From NCBI RefSeq assembly GCF_009914755.1, contig NC_060937.1: 64,000 bases of DNA; one strand, written 5' to 3'. The stretch's first letter is position 1, and every line of letters starts with the position of its first letter. The stretch comes from the human T2T-CHM13v2.0 reference genome, Homo sapiens. Below the pieces are notes generated by a model that saw nothing but the letters and a program-made list of their open reading frames with translations, made no database searches and was not told the DNA's origin. The translations under genes were made by a program, and so were the position numbers. Shown piece after piece: positions 11,342 through 24,808 of this stretch.

Positions 11342-12980
11342 TCAGAATTTTCTTCCCTTTTAAGACTGAATAATGTGCTGTTTATATATATACCACATTT
11401 TGATTATCCACTTAGCTATCAGTGGACACTTGGTTTGCTTCCATGTTTCAGCTATGTTGAATAATGCTGCTATGAACTTGGGTGTACAAACATCACTTCA
11501 AGACCCTAATATAATCCCACTCTCACTTTGATTTTGGTATGTTGAGTCTTCTCTCACTTTTTCTAAGTCCATTTAGCTACAGGTTTGTCATGTTGTCAAA
11601 GAAGCAACTTTTCATTTCAATGATTTTCTCTAATGTTTTCTGTTTTCTTATTCATTTACCTCTGCTCTCTAATATTTATTATTTCATCCCTTCTGCTAGC
11701 TTTGCACTTACTTACTTTACTTATTTTGCACTTACTTTATTTTTCTAGGTTTATGCTATGGTTTGAATGTATGTATTCTTCCAAAATTTATGTATTGGAA
11801 ATTAGCTCCCAAGGAAATGCTATTAACAGGTGAGGCTTTTGGGAGATGAGGCCATGTGGGCCTCATGAATGGGATAAGCTCCCTTATAAAAAAGGCTTAT
11901 GGGAGGCCAGAGCTCTTTTATTCCTATTTACCATGTAAGGAAGCAGCATTCTTCTCCTCTGAAGGATTCAACAAGGCATAATTTTGAAGCAGAAAGCTCT
12001 TCTCACCAAACACTAACCTTGCTGGTACTTTGATTGGGAACTCACAGCCCCCAGAACTGTGTGAAATAAATTTTGGTTATTTATAAATTACCCAGTTTGG
12101 GGCATTTTATTATAGCAATACAAATAGACCAAAATAGTTTTTTAAGTTGTAAAGTTATGTTGTTGATTGGGGATCTCTCTTGTTTTTTAATGTGCATTTA
12201 TAGATATAAATTTTTCCCTTAGCAGTGCTGTGTCTCATAAATTCTGTTATGTGATATTGAAGTCTTCAACTATTATTGCAGAACTATCTATTTCCCCTCC
12301 ATCCTACCAATTTTTAATTTATACGTTTTGATGGTCTGTTATTAAGCTCATAAATGTTTATAATTGTTATGTCCTCTTGATGCACTGAACCTTTTAGTAA
12401 TATATAATGTCCTCCTTGGCTCATAAGTTTTAGTTTAAAGTCTATTTTGTCTGATATTAGTGCAACCTCCTCTGCTTTCTTTTGCATGGAATTACTCAGT
12501 TGCATGGAAAATTCTTTGCATGGAATATCATCTTCCATCTTTTCACTTTTGATTTATTGGGGACTTTGGACCACAATGGAGGGAAGTACAACAACAATGT
12601 CCACCTGTCTCTTTGCAGCTCTGTGATCAAAAGCAGCAATAGGTGATTAAAGTATAGACCCCTAATATTTAGAGGACAAGGTACTTTTTTATCCACTTTG
12701 GCTTCTAGAAGCTGTGTACAGGCTGCTCTAGGAACATATGCACATGTCCCTTCCACAGGTTTGGCAGTGGGAAATGGGTAGCTGCTACTGTGCAAAGAGC
12801 AGAAATAAATTGAATTTTGCCCCTTTTACCATCCCAACGGGGTGAAAGTTGCAAGCCTCTGATAGACTCCAGGGTTCCAAAACAGTTACATTAGGCAGAT
12901 TCTGAAAGTGCAACTGTTTTCTAGTTAGAGAGACAGATTTCTTGTGTTCCAGGAATTTATTATCTTTCTAGAGTTTTGAT
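11342..12980 (-). mobile_element. Mosaic of L1M fragments (3' piece, ORF2 endonuclease region, 5'-side piece), interrupted by an MST/MLT1A LTR
   Basis: ORF 12314-12538 translates to ALISDKIDFK...GHYILLKGSVHQEDITIINIY, the L1 APE endonuclease. Confidence 0.75.
11754..12136 (+). mobile_element. MaLR solo LTR (MSTC/MSTD/MLT1A-like)
   Basis: TGCTATGGTTTGAATGT...cccagaactgtgtgaaataaatt...aattacccagt...tatagcaatacaaatagac; near-TSD gttta/gtttt. Confidence 0.8.
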
Positions 12981-13116
12981 TTCAAGCTAATTCACTGTTC
13001 GAAATCACTGGTTCTTTCTTCTTCTGCAATCAGGATTAATAATGCTCTATTTAACTTATACCACTGTTAGAGATCAAATGAGACAAAGTAAGTTATATAA
13101 AAAGAATGGAATGTAT

Positions 13117-13551
13117 CGTTAAATACATTTATAGGAGGTCATTGATTTGGACTGAGCTCCTGCATTATGATCCAATAGAGCAAACCAAAATGGAGTAATT
13201 CATGCTAAAATCCCATGTATCCAGACAGAAACTAAGTTATTTATCTGACCTTCTAAGAAATAAGGACAGAGATAGCCAAATTCTGAAACAGGCCAGTTTT
13301 AGCTGGCACAATTAAAAAGTCCTATCTGCTTTAACCTTTACAAGGAAAGTAACCTGATGTAAACTGATATTGAGCAGTCTCCTTTTTGCTCTTTCCTTGT
13401 GCCTGATTAAGCTACCTTATAAAATCTGACAGTGTGCCATGCCCAGCATAGCCCCTCTGTTTTTTGAATGAGATGCTCCCCAATTACTGAATTGCAAATA
13501 AAGACCAATTAGGTTGTTTAACTAAGTTTGTTGACATTTTGTCTTTTGATA
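13117..13551 (+). mobile_element. MER4-group ERV1 LTR (MER31-like)
   Basis: ataggaggtcattgatttggactgagctcctgca...accaaaatggagt...aacaggccagttttagc...ttgtcttttgata. Subfamily uncertain. Confidence 0.7.
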
Positions 13552-13859
13552 TTGTAATTTCTTTTCTAATACAAAGTGTTATTATTTATTTGTATTATCC
13601 AGTTGCTTATTATTTGTGAACTTTGGATATTTCTGTAATTTAAAATATATTTATAAAATAAAATTTTATGTCTCTTTCATCTTGTTCTGATTAGTTGTAT
13701 TAAAAATGTTTCTTGTCCTTTCAGTTGATAAGATTTTTTAAATCAAGTTCTGTCTCTCTCACAGGAATAAAATTTATGAGATAAAACCAGGATGAGCAGA
13801 AAGTGATGTCTATTAATTCAAATCTTTCTATTTAAAAAGTTAAATACAAAGGTAAAAAG

Positions 13860-13915
13860 AAAATAAGGGAAGGGAGAAAAAGAGAAAAGGAAGGAAGGAA
13901 GGAAGGAAGGAGGGA
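13860..13915. repeat. Purine-rich (GGAA)n microsatellite
   Basis: aaggaaggaaggaaggaaggaagg. Confidence 0.9.
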
Positions 13916-15319
13916 AACTGCCCTTTAAATTATTTTATTGCCTCCCATCAGTTTCCTCTTCTTCCTCCCTTGCCAAAACCAAAGCCTGTTTTGGCCGTGT
14001 CTCAAAAGGACCACAAGTTTTTTGGTATTTACTGTTCTTTAATTTTCTTCCCCTACTTCTGCTTTAAACAACGAAGTTGACATTCTCAGAAATTGTAGCA
14101 GTTTTGAATTCATGACCGAAACTTCCTGTGTGTAAAGGATCCAAGAACTGTCATAAAGTCTATTCTATAATGATGTGTCACTGTGTCACTTACATGATTC
14201 ACATAGGGCTGGGTGGTTGTTATTGAGGGTTTCACACTGGCAGCCTAGAGTATGGAATCTCATTTTAGGTGAGTTACTGCTAACACGTCTAACATGTAAA
14301 TTTTTTATTAATGTTAGCAAAGAATAACCTGGAGGAAGTGTAAGCACAAAATGAATTAGGTTATATCAAAACTCAGGGGAAAAAATGACTAATTGTCAAT
14401 GTCATTGATATGCTATGATAATTCTCCCTTGGCATGGGTCTTCAGAAATTAATATAAGCTAGTTTGTTTAAGAGATTGATATGTTACAAATCTCAGGATT
14501 TTAGAATATTTGAATGGTTCTTATTCTCTATTTGCAAGGGAAGACTTCAATAAAGCAAGATGCAAACTCTGCTGTTGCTGAGTCAAGTACAATAATATTA
14601 GCACAGCCCAGTCTTTTTTTAGACGCTTGCTGGTTTTTGAGGGAATAGGGTGAATTTGCTAGTTCTAATCATTGCCTTTCACTATGCTTCCCCCACGTCT
14701 TTCCTGATGCGTGTTTCAGAACTAGTTTTCACTGTTTGTCTCCAGGTATATTATGTTAATAGCAAGTATCTGTAACTCTAAGTAATCAAATTTCATTCTT
14801 CATGTACAAAGATCATCAAAGGCATTTCTCTCTCCCCTTGAGAAATATACAATGCATTTTTCCTCCATTTTGGGAAACACAGTACAAATATGTGTTAGAA
14901 TCAATAATGAATTTGATGAGAAATAATAAAATGATTACAATGATGAGTTAGTTTTCACCATCTGTTACAGACATGCCTGAGTTCATTTTCTGCTTTACCA
15001 ATTTATGATGTTAATTTTTTTCTCAATTGTTAAAACTTTTTAAATTAAGTGAAGAAACTCCATAATGACAAATATAGTCATTAGATTGTTTTAATAATAT
15101 TAAAATAAAATCATAAGCCGTGATGTCATAAACTATTCTATCAGTTTTAAAATTTATGACAACATTTTCTCATTTGATTTTAGGGGTTTTTATTGAACAG
15201 GGTGGTAAGCCAGTCAATAAATAACTATTTACTAGGTGTCAGGCACTGTTCTATATATTGGGAGTGGGAAGTTGAAAAATGTATGGTTTATGAGTTGATT
15301 TTAAATGTGGACAGAGACA

Positions 15320-15775
15320 ACGCCAAATTTACGGGTTGTGGATCCATTCCCATCTATTTCCTTCTAGAATCATAACTTCTTTCTGTGTTCCTTTCCAGCT
15401 GGTGTGTAGACAGGGGGAAATTACACACAGGTGCCCTCTGTAGTTGAAAGCAATCTAGGTACAGCCTGCCATATCAATTCTCGGTAAAGCCAGGGTAGCC
15501 ATATGACCTGAACACAGCCAGTGGGGTCCTTTTCCCTTAATCTTGAAAATGGAAGAGATAAGGCAGTTGTGATTCATTCTCCCAGTGGCTGCACCTTGAC
15601 TGGCTAAACTGTTCTTTGCTTATTTGTTCTTAGCCCTCTGAAGGCTCTCTGGATGCCTGTCTTACCCAAGCCTGCTGTAGCCCACCTCTCCATCTATTTC
15701 ATCTGTTCCTAATTTCTTTACAATGAGTTCATTTTGGACTTGGTATTCTTATTGCTTGCAATTAAAACATCAAAA
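15320..15775 (+). mobile_element. Ancient ERVL-type LTR remnant (LTR33-like)
   Basis: gccatatgacctg...ccagt and the terminal ttattgcttgcaattaaaac resemble old ERVL LTRs; weak. Confidence 0.3.
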
Positions 15776-16104
15776 TTCATATAAAATTTCTAAATTTTTT
15801 TCTACTGAAGAACACAAAATATATAGATATATGAGAAATTAGAATATTCTAAACTCCCTAATTACTGATGGGCAAAGATTTTACAACTTCTCCCTCTCTA
15901 GTTCCTAATCACTCTTGCACTAGAAGCATTATCTTTCTCACCATGTTCTCATATAATTTCATGCAAAACATCTCTCAGTTCCTGGTTATATCAGGGTGCT
16001 TTGAGTTTTCATGGTGTAGAATGGAAAAATGTCATTGCTTCAAAGTAGTATGCCTTGAACAGGCTTTAGCAATTCAGAGGAAAATAAAGAGCTTGTTACT
16101 ATAC

Positions 16105-18510
16105 AATATGTTTAACTTTTTCAGAAACAGCCAAACTGTTTTCCAAAGTGGCTTCACTTATTTACATTCCCACCTGTTTCTCCACACTGTTGCTAACACC
16201 TGGTACCATCAGTCTTCTTGACTATAGCCATTCTATAAGGAGAATAATGGTAGCTCACTGTGGTTGTAATTTGCATTTCCCTAATGACTAATGATGTTGA
16301 GATTTTCCATATGCTTACTAGCTACTCATGTATATACAAAATGTCTATATATTATCAACAAATAATCTGAACATAAAATCAATAAAACATTCCATTTATA
16401 ATAGTATCAAAAATAAAATTCTTGGGAATGAATTTAATGAACGAAGTGCAAGATGTACCTTGAAAACAACAAAAGATTGCTGAGAGAGAGTAAATAATGT
16501 CTAAAGAAATAGAGAGACATGCCACGTTCATGGAAATAATCTATTCTATTAAGATGATGATTGTCTCCTAAATTGATGTGTAAATTAAATAAAATACATA
16601 TCAAATTACAGCAGAATTTTTGTAGAATTTGACAAGCTTATCCTAAAATTTGTATGGAGTGCAAAGAAGCAAGAATAGCCAGTACAATTTTTTCCAATAC
16701 TTGGAAACAATATAAATTAAGTACCCATCAACTGCTTAATAGATAAGCAAAATGTGGCACATAATTATAAATACAAGTTAGAGAAGTTACAGTACTTGAT
16801 TCAAAATTCATTATCAATCTACAGTAGTGAAGACATTGTAGTATTAGTATAAGAACAGAGATATAGTATGGATTCAAATCATTTGTCAGACATTTGATTT
16901 GCAAATTCCTTTATTTGGTGGTTTATTTTGTATTTTCATTTTGATAGATATATAGATATAATTAATGTATGTGTATTAATTTTATATTGAGTACGTATGA
17001 AGGGAACTCACATTGTTGAATTGTTCCAGATCATAGGAGTAAATTATTTATTTCCACAATTAAGTATAATTTACCATAAGTTTTCCATACATATTATTGA
17101 TCAGAAAGAGGAAGTTTTCTTCTATTCCTAGGTTATTGAAATTCTTGTAATGAATGGATATTTGTTGTTATCAAAACAAATTTTTGGGCATCAGTAGAGA
17201 TGATCAGGTACTTTTTCCCTCTTTATACTACTTATACGAATAATGACATTAATTAATTTTTAGATGCTAAAACACATTTAAATGTTTAGGGTATTTGCTA
17301 ATTTTGATTAGAATTTGATAATGTTTTTAAAGTATTTTTGTGTTAGTGTTTCACGAAGGATGTTGCTGGGTAGTTTCACTGAAGTTTTTATTCTGATATC
17401 TTTGCCTAGCTTTGGTATCTGGATAATATTGATCCAATAGAGTAAGTTGTACTTACTCTGTTCATGTACTTTCTGAAAGACTTTTTAAGGATTAGTATTA
17501 TTCCACTGTTACATATTTGAAAGAAGTCCTTAGTGAAGTCATGTGATCCTGAGATTCTTATTGAATAACTTTATTGGTTATAGATCTATTCAGATTTTTC
17601 TAAGTCAGTTTTCAAAATCTGTTTCTTTCTAGGAATTTTATCACTTGCTTCAGTTGTCTAGTCTGTTTTTTGATATACAAAAAAACCTGTACATTATTTA
17701 ATGTATAAAACTTGATGAATTAAGAGATAAATATCCACTCGTAAAACCATCACCACAATCTATACCAAAATCAAACATTTCCAAAAGAGACCTCCTGTCC
17801 CCTATATTTATTATTTTGGTAAAACAACCTAAGATCTACTCTGGCTTTTTTTTTAAGTACACAATATAGGATTGTTAACTATTGGCACTATGTTTTAGAG
17901 TAGAAATCTAGGACATATTTATCTTGCATAATTGAAATATTTTACTCATCGACTAATACGTTCCTCTTTTTCCTCCTCATAGGTCCTGACAACCAACATT
18001 CTACTCTGTTTCTATGAATTTGATTATTTTAGATTCATCATATAAGTAGGATAATGTTATATTTGTCCTCTTGAGTCTGTTGATTGAATTTTCCTTTGAA
18101 TATTGGATTTTTTGGATCTTTGTCTAGGAATATTAGATTATATCTTGTACATTTTGAATATTATATTATCAGATTTTGGGTCTTATTACAGATCCTCTGG
18201 AGAAGGTTATTTGTTGTTGTTATTATTGTGTTGTTTTTGTTTTGTTTTTATTTTCCAATCCACTGAGGTTCACATAATAATTTCTCTCTCACCTTCTGTG
18301 GGTTCTAATATCAGTGCAGTTTTTAAAATCTTTTCATTGTTCTTTGAGTTTATCCTGTACATGCACAGTTCATGAGTTATTCTGAAACTTGGGCCATAGT
18401 TTATATTGTAGTTTAATTCTCAATTACTTTCTATTATGCTTCAGGTCTGTTGAACACATGCACAGCTTGAGATTCAGCACAAGGCCGGTGTCATACACAT
18501 AATTAGGCAT
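16105..18510 (-). mobile_element. Scrambled L1M fragments, mostly antisense; 16340-16868 is in sense orientation; separate L1 3' end at about 17670-18070
   Basis: Antisense aactgttttccaaagtggc and atttgcatttccctaatgactaatgatgttgag; sense cattccatttataatagtatcaaaa...gacatgccacgttcatgga...gacaagcttatcctaaaattt. Confidence 0.75.
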
Positions 18511-18517
18511 CCCCTAG

Positions 18518-18917
<400 letters not shown>

Positions 18918-18959
18918 GGCTCTTGAGAGCTTTTATCTTCCATCTTCTTTCTACCTATT

Positions 18960-19232
18960 CAGCTGTCCTAATGTCGTCCAAGCCTCAGGTTAAATACTAA
19001 TTTCTCAGGAAGCACTCCTTTGCCCCAAATAACACCACATTTACTTCCAATTAAGTAATTGTATGTGTATTTCTCTGCTTAATATTATTTATCCTTCTAT
19101 ATTACACAAAATAGCAGATCAAGAAGTATTTGTGTATTGTCCCCTGCTTCACTGAACACGCTTTGCTAAGTGCTTTGCACAGTGGAGGCCTATAACGATG
19201 TGTTAATATATTGACCTATCATCGGATGAATG
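18960..19232 (+). mobile_element. L2 3' fragment
   Basis: tttctcaggaagcactccttt...ctttgcacagtggaggcctataacgatgtgtt...gatgaatg; weak. Confidence 0.4.
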
Positions 19233-19326
19233 TAATTAAATTTGGAAGATAAGAAAACTATGTCAATTATATTAAAAGAAAAAAATTGATAGAATAGTGG
19301 TGGTTAGAAAGTGTTTTAAAGATTTA

Positions 19327-19450
19327 ATATATATATAATATATATGTTATGTAATATATATATAACATATATGTTATGTAATATATATATAACATATATG
19401 TTATGTAATATATATATAACATATATGTTATGTAATATATATATGTATAT
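19327..19450. repeat. TA-rich minisatellite, 27-bp unit, about 4.5 copies
   Basis: Unit ATATATATATAACATATATGTTATGTA, located where the tail of the adjacent antisense Alu would be. Confidence 0.9.
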
Positions 19451-19841
<391 letters not shown>

Positions 19842-20020
19842 TGACACCAAAACTCAACCTCAGCAATGAATTTATGATGACTCGACCCAACCAAAGTTCT
19901 TCTGTTAAGACTTGCAAAACTAGTATAAGACAGAGTCATAATAGGATAGTGATCTGTTAAATGGCATCTCACTATATACCAAGATTTGTGGGACTTGGCA
20001 TTTAAATCTTAATTACACAC

Positions 20021-20335
20021 TAATACCAACATTTTGGGAGGCCGAGGCAGGCAGATCACTTGAGGCCAGAAGTTTGAGGCCAGGCTGGCCAACATGGTGA
20101 AATCTGTCTCTACTAAAAATGCAAAAATTAACCAGGCACTGTGGCATGCGACTGTAATCCCTGCTACTCGGTAGGCTGAGGTGGCAGAATAGCCTGACAC
20201 TGAGAGGTGGACATTGCAGTGAACCGAGATCGCCCCACTGCACTATATCTAGCCTGGGCAACAGAGTGAGACTCGGTCTCACAAAAACAAACAAACAAAC
20301 AAAAAAAAACAACCCAAAAACAAACAAACAAACAC
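20021..20335 (+). mobile_element. Older Alu (AluSz/J-like), slightly 5'-truncated, (AAAC)n tail
   Basis: TTTGGGAGGCCGAGGCAGGCAGATCACTTGAGGCCAG...; flanking repeat CTTAATTACA at 20008-20017 and 20336-20345. Confidence 0.9.
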
Positions 20336-23009
20336 CTTAATTACAAAAAAAATTAATGTAAGGTATTAAATCTCTACAGGGAAACTTCATGAATCACAAA
20401 AGATAGAATCTCAGTACTAGAGATGCATTTCACATAAATTTAATTGGCTGATGTAGTATACAAAATCCAGATATATTACAAAAGACATACCTGCAACAGA
20501 TTTCTGCCATTTATCTGAAAGAAAAGGACTCTTCTCCTAAAAAGGGAATTATATTATAGATTGTGCAAAATGTTCAGTGAATAATAGATCACCTTGACTG
20601 AGAAGTTAAATTTGCCAAAACACTAGTTGTTTAGAACTTCTTCAGTGCGGTGAATGTTTAAGACCTAAGACCAACTCTGAGTTTCTCCATGAAAGAAGAA
20701 TATTTCAAATTTGCAAGTCATGCGTATATTGTAAAAGAAAATAAATAGGATATGGGAGAAATACTTAGCTAAGGAAGATGCAGAAGATTATTACCAAGTG
20801 AGGGGTTGGTGATATTTTTCCTTTCAGGAGTGCATCTGCCTATCGTCAGTGACAGACATTATGGCTTCAGTAAGTAGAAATGTGAAGGAGAAGCCAATTT
20901 ACAGGAAAGCATTTCCTAGTTAAATAGAGATCACTTGCAGATTTGGGGAAACAACAAAATAGTTCTGTCATACATGATTTAGGACATTAGAAGCAGTGAC
21001 AGTTTTCCTTTGATACTTGCAAAGTGTCCTAGTTGTACAGTGCATGACTGATTTACTCTAGATAGAGAATATCAGTGAAAGTGGTCAGAGACAAAAGAAG
21101 AAAAGAGAAATATTTTGAAACCCCTGAGGAAAGTACCTGTATCTACTGCAGACTCATATGACCATTGGGAAAAATAATATATTATTTTAGAACATGTGTT
21201 TGTGGGGATATATCCACCCACCTCATTCCACTCAAGACCCAAGAAGAAAAACAATTTGTTTTGCTTTATTTATCCCAAAGTTAGTTGCTTCTTAAGAGAC
21301 AATGATTAACGATTAGAGTTTTCTTGTTTTATTTGTTAACATAGACTTGTAACGCTAATAAACCTAAATCAATAAAATGTGTCAGAAGGTTTTCTACAAT
21401 TTACGCATATGAAATCAGAGAGTATGCTACTTGAATATCACAAAGCCTTTTTTCCTGCTTCCTGGTATCACCTTTCCATTCAATAGGTAAATCAGATGGC
21501 TCAAATACTTATCTATATATAGGAGAGTGATGCCATTTTCCATAATCCCTTTATTACCCTGTCAGTGGTCACCTGAGGTACTGGGGAGTGGTTGGTAAAC
21601 ACTTCCTCCTGAGTCACTTTTCTCTGCAGTTCATTCAACCACTTTGCAGAACTCCTAACCACGGCACCAGCTCTGCTCCATGCCTGTGCTCTCTAGACCT
21701 GGAGCACCAGGATATTCGTCCTTTGTTCTTCATTTATCAAAAGACTAGGCACATAGAGTTAATGTGCAGTAGACTTTTGCTGCTGTTTTCATGTGTAAAA
21801 AGGGGAACTTATCAGTTCAACAAGAAATAATTTTGAATGTAATCCAACACGACATTGTTCCAAGAAGTATATAAGCCTTCCTCTCCATATAGAATTCCTC
21901 ACTATTTTGAACTGCAGTCCCAAGCTTCCTATCCTCTCTTGTCTGCTTCTTAGAGAATCCATTTTCTAAAATAAAGCAAGAAACAAACCACACAAAACAA
22001 AACAAAACCCCTGTTAAGCCATCAAAATTGCAAATACTTGTTACTTTATTAGGTAGCAATTTAAACCTATCCTTAAAATAGTTCCAATTTATGTCATACA
22101 CAGCAGGCCTTATCTTTTATTAAAATTTACAAATTATTCTCTGTCAAAAAAAATACAATTTTTTCAAATGGGAATTCAGCCGTTTCTTTCCAGGCCAGCC
22201 AGTTCATATAGCAGGCAGATTTTAATATATCATTTCTCCCAAAAATAGATGTAAAATAGAAAATGAAAATTTTGTAATAAAAAATTTAGACTACATTAAA
22301 ATTGTAATAAAACATATTAATGCTAAGGCTATAAAACAGAAATCATAATTCAGAAAAATATTATGTTTGACAGTTTTAATAATTTAATATTTATCAAACA
22401 AGTATCTTGGGATATTCAGATAATTCCCTATGGAGGAAATATTATAAAAAAGTTACAAAGGGGTAATTTGGGATCATTCTTGATTTTTTTTTAGCAATAT
22501 CAATTAATTTCTTAAGAAATACCTTGAAGTATATTGACCTTCATAGATCAGGCATAGCTCTTCTTTTCTTGAAACAAAATCATAGTTAGAATAATTAATA
22601 TTCTTATGAGCATTCTTGAAGGATCAAAGAAATTCATAAGTAAATATGTGTGTATAATAAATTATAGAATTTTTCCCAATGCTAGATTGCAATACATTAA
22701 ATACATTGATATATATATTCCAATTATACATATTTTCTAATATATGTACATATATAATCAAAGTGTACTTTCAATATTTTTATTCTGTTATATAAATTCA
22801 TTTATCAGCTATACTCAACAGAATAGCATTTTTAAGGAGATAAAGAGGAATAAAGTTTTTACTACTATCTCTTATTTTGTGGTATTTTGTAAAGTAATTT
22901 CTACATTCCATCATAAGGTTGAATGTATTTTCTTCTATTTCTTATAATTTGTACATATTACCAGTTTCAATACATTTCTGTAAATCTATATATACAGTAT
23001 ATACAGTAG

Positions 23010-23825
23010 ATTTTCACACCTGGAAGTGTTCTGCAACAGCTAGATAGCTGGATTTCAGCCTATATACACACAAGCATGCTCAAAGGCCAGAGAATTATCA
23101 CCACCATCCCCTTCCCAGCACATGCCAGAACAGCACTCATCTGTTGGATAAGTGGCTAGCGGGACTTGCTCTGTCAAAACACAGCTACTTTTTTATTAAC
23201 TGTAGCCACCATATTGTATTCTTGAAATTGCTGAAAAAATAGATTTTAAGTGTTCTTACCACAAAAATGATGAATTTGTGAGATAATGCACATCATAGTT
23301 AGCTCAACTTAGCCATTTCACAATATTTCAAAACATGTTGTACAACAAATATATGCATATTTGTCATTTAAATATAATTGAATAAATACACAGCTACCTT
23401 GCCCATCAGGCAGTATCACTCCGAGACACATATTCTACACTTACACCCAGATATTCCCAATATCATCCTAGTTAACCACAATGGTAACTGACTTGACAAT
23501 GCACAGTGTTCTAAGCTCTGATGCACCACTATGATTCCCCTTCAGAACTGAAGAACTTGTCCCTCCATTTGCTAGGAACATTGTGAGTTAAAGCCCTGAG
23601 CAGTCAGCCATATGAATAAATTGCCCTTAGGTGGAAACAATGATTTCTCAATGTCACACCCCTTCCCCTGGGCAACCTGCATCCACTGATAGAAAACACA
23701 GATAAATAAAGACCTAGCTCCCTTCCTCTAACTGAGGACAAACTTAAAGGATGCTTACATTACTCTACTATTTCCTATAAATTAATCTCCATCTTAAGTT
23801 CTCCTTTCCAGGAAGATCAATCAGT
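23010..23825 (+). mobile_element. LTR16-family (ERVL) LTR remnants, probably two pieces
   Basis: cagctaccttgccc...cacaatggtaactgacttgacaatgcac; ccccttcagaactgaag...gtcacaccccttcccctgggcaacctgcatcca...aatctccatctt. Confidence 0.6.
23189..23386 (+). mobile_element. Short L1MA 3'-end insertion with a small inverted 5' piece
   Basis: attgctgaaaaaatagattttaagtgttcttaccac...ttagccatttcaca; flanked by ACACAGCTAC on both sides. Confidence 0.8.
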
Positions 23826-24805
23826 AAGCTTGAGGAAAGAGTAATCTCTGAAAGGAGATGCCAAAATGGGATTCTACAGCTAATTAACTGTCAGCCACCT
23901 GGCAATGAGGACTTCATTGCTTGTTGTGGAGGGACATGTATGGGAATGTAAATGTGCCCTAGAACTTTCACTGGTGGTGAATGAGAGTAGTATACCAGTG
24001 GAAAGAGATGTGCTAGTTAGAGCAAAGTATCAGGACTCTGATACAAGGGAGAGATAATAAATATAAAGGCAATGAAAGTGGATAGTTACTGCCATTTATG
24101 CTTTGGAAGAAGATAACAAAAGACTAGAAGTGAGTAACTGACAGCACAAAGGTGAGTGATAGAAGGCCTCCTTGGTAGCATATAAAAAGATACTCATTGT
24201 CAGCAGACAAGGGAAGAGGAAGCTGAAGCTCATGCCCTGGACATAATCATAGGTCCAAAACTCCAAAGGAAACTTAAATCTCAATAGAGACAGATCTATA
24301 TGCCAAACAACTGAAATCTCAATATAGACAGATCTGTATACCCAACTCAGGTCTCGTTGCAGGAAGAATGAGACCATGGAATGGGATGAGGATATCTAGG
24401 TATATATGCCCCAAAATCTTAAATTCCCAGATTCTCTTGAATTATTTGATCCTATAGATGTGGTCCACCCATCCCTAATAATATGACACACACTTCTTGC
24501 TTGAATATGATACAGATGTCTCTTTTCTGTAAAACAGCATGTGACTCACAGAATCTGGCTACATCATCCCTTTTTGTCACAAGGTTAATAACTGGAACTA
24601 AGTCACAGTTGAATCCACCTGGGATAGTGCTGGATCTGCTAAGGAAGGAAATGGACTATATCCAGAAGAAACTTCAGGTCATAGCCAACAAGTACCAGTG
24701 AAAGCTAGGAAAGTATTCATGAGACTGGCTTCTGAGGATGCTGGATTAAGGGATGCTACATTGGCGAGCATTTACTAGTCTGGGAACATAGAGATATCAA
24801 CACCC
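23826..24805 (+). mobile_element. ERVL internal region (HERV16/ERV3-16A3-like) degenerate gag area
   Basis: Follows the LTR16-like piece directly; aaaatgggattc, tgggatgaggatatctagg, gagactggcttctgaggatgctggat are typical of ERVL gag remnants. Confidence 0.55.
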
Positions 24806-24808
24806 AGC

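Noticed and set aside
13765-13851. Possible exon (tctctctcacag ... aag/gtaaaa)
   Set aside because: Weak donor, AT-rich body and no independent support.
19327-19450. CRISPR-like array
   Set aside because: Contiguous low-complexity tandem units with no unique spacers, no cas genes, eukaryotic context.
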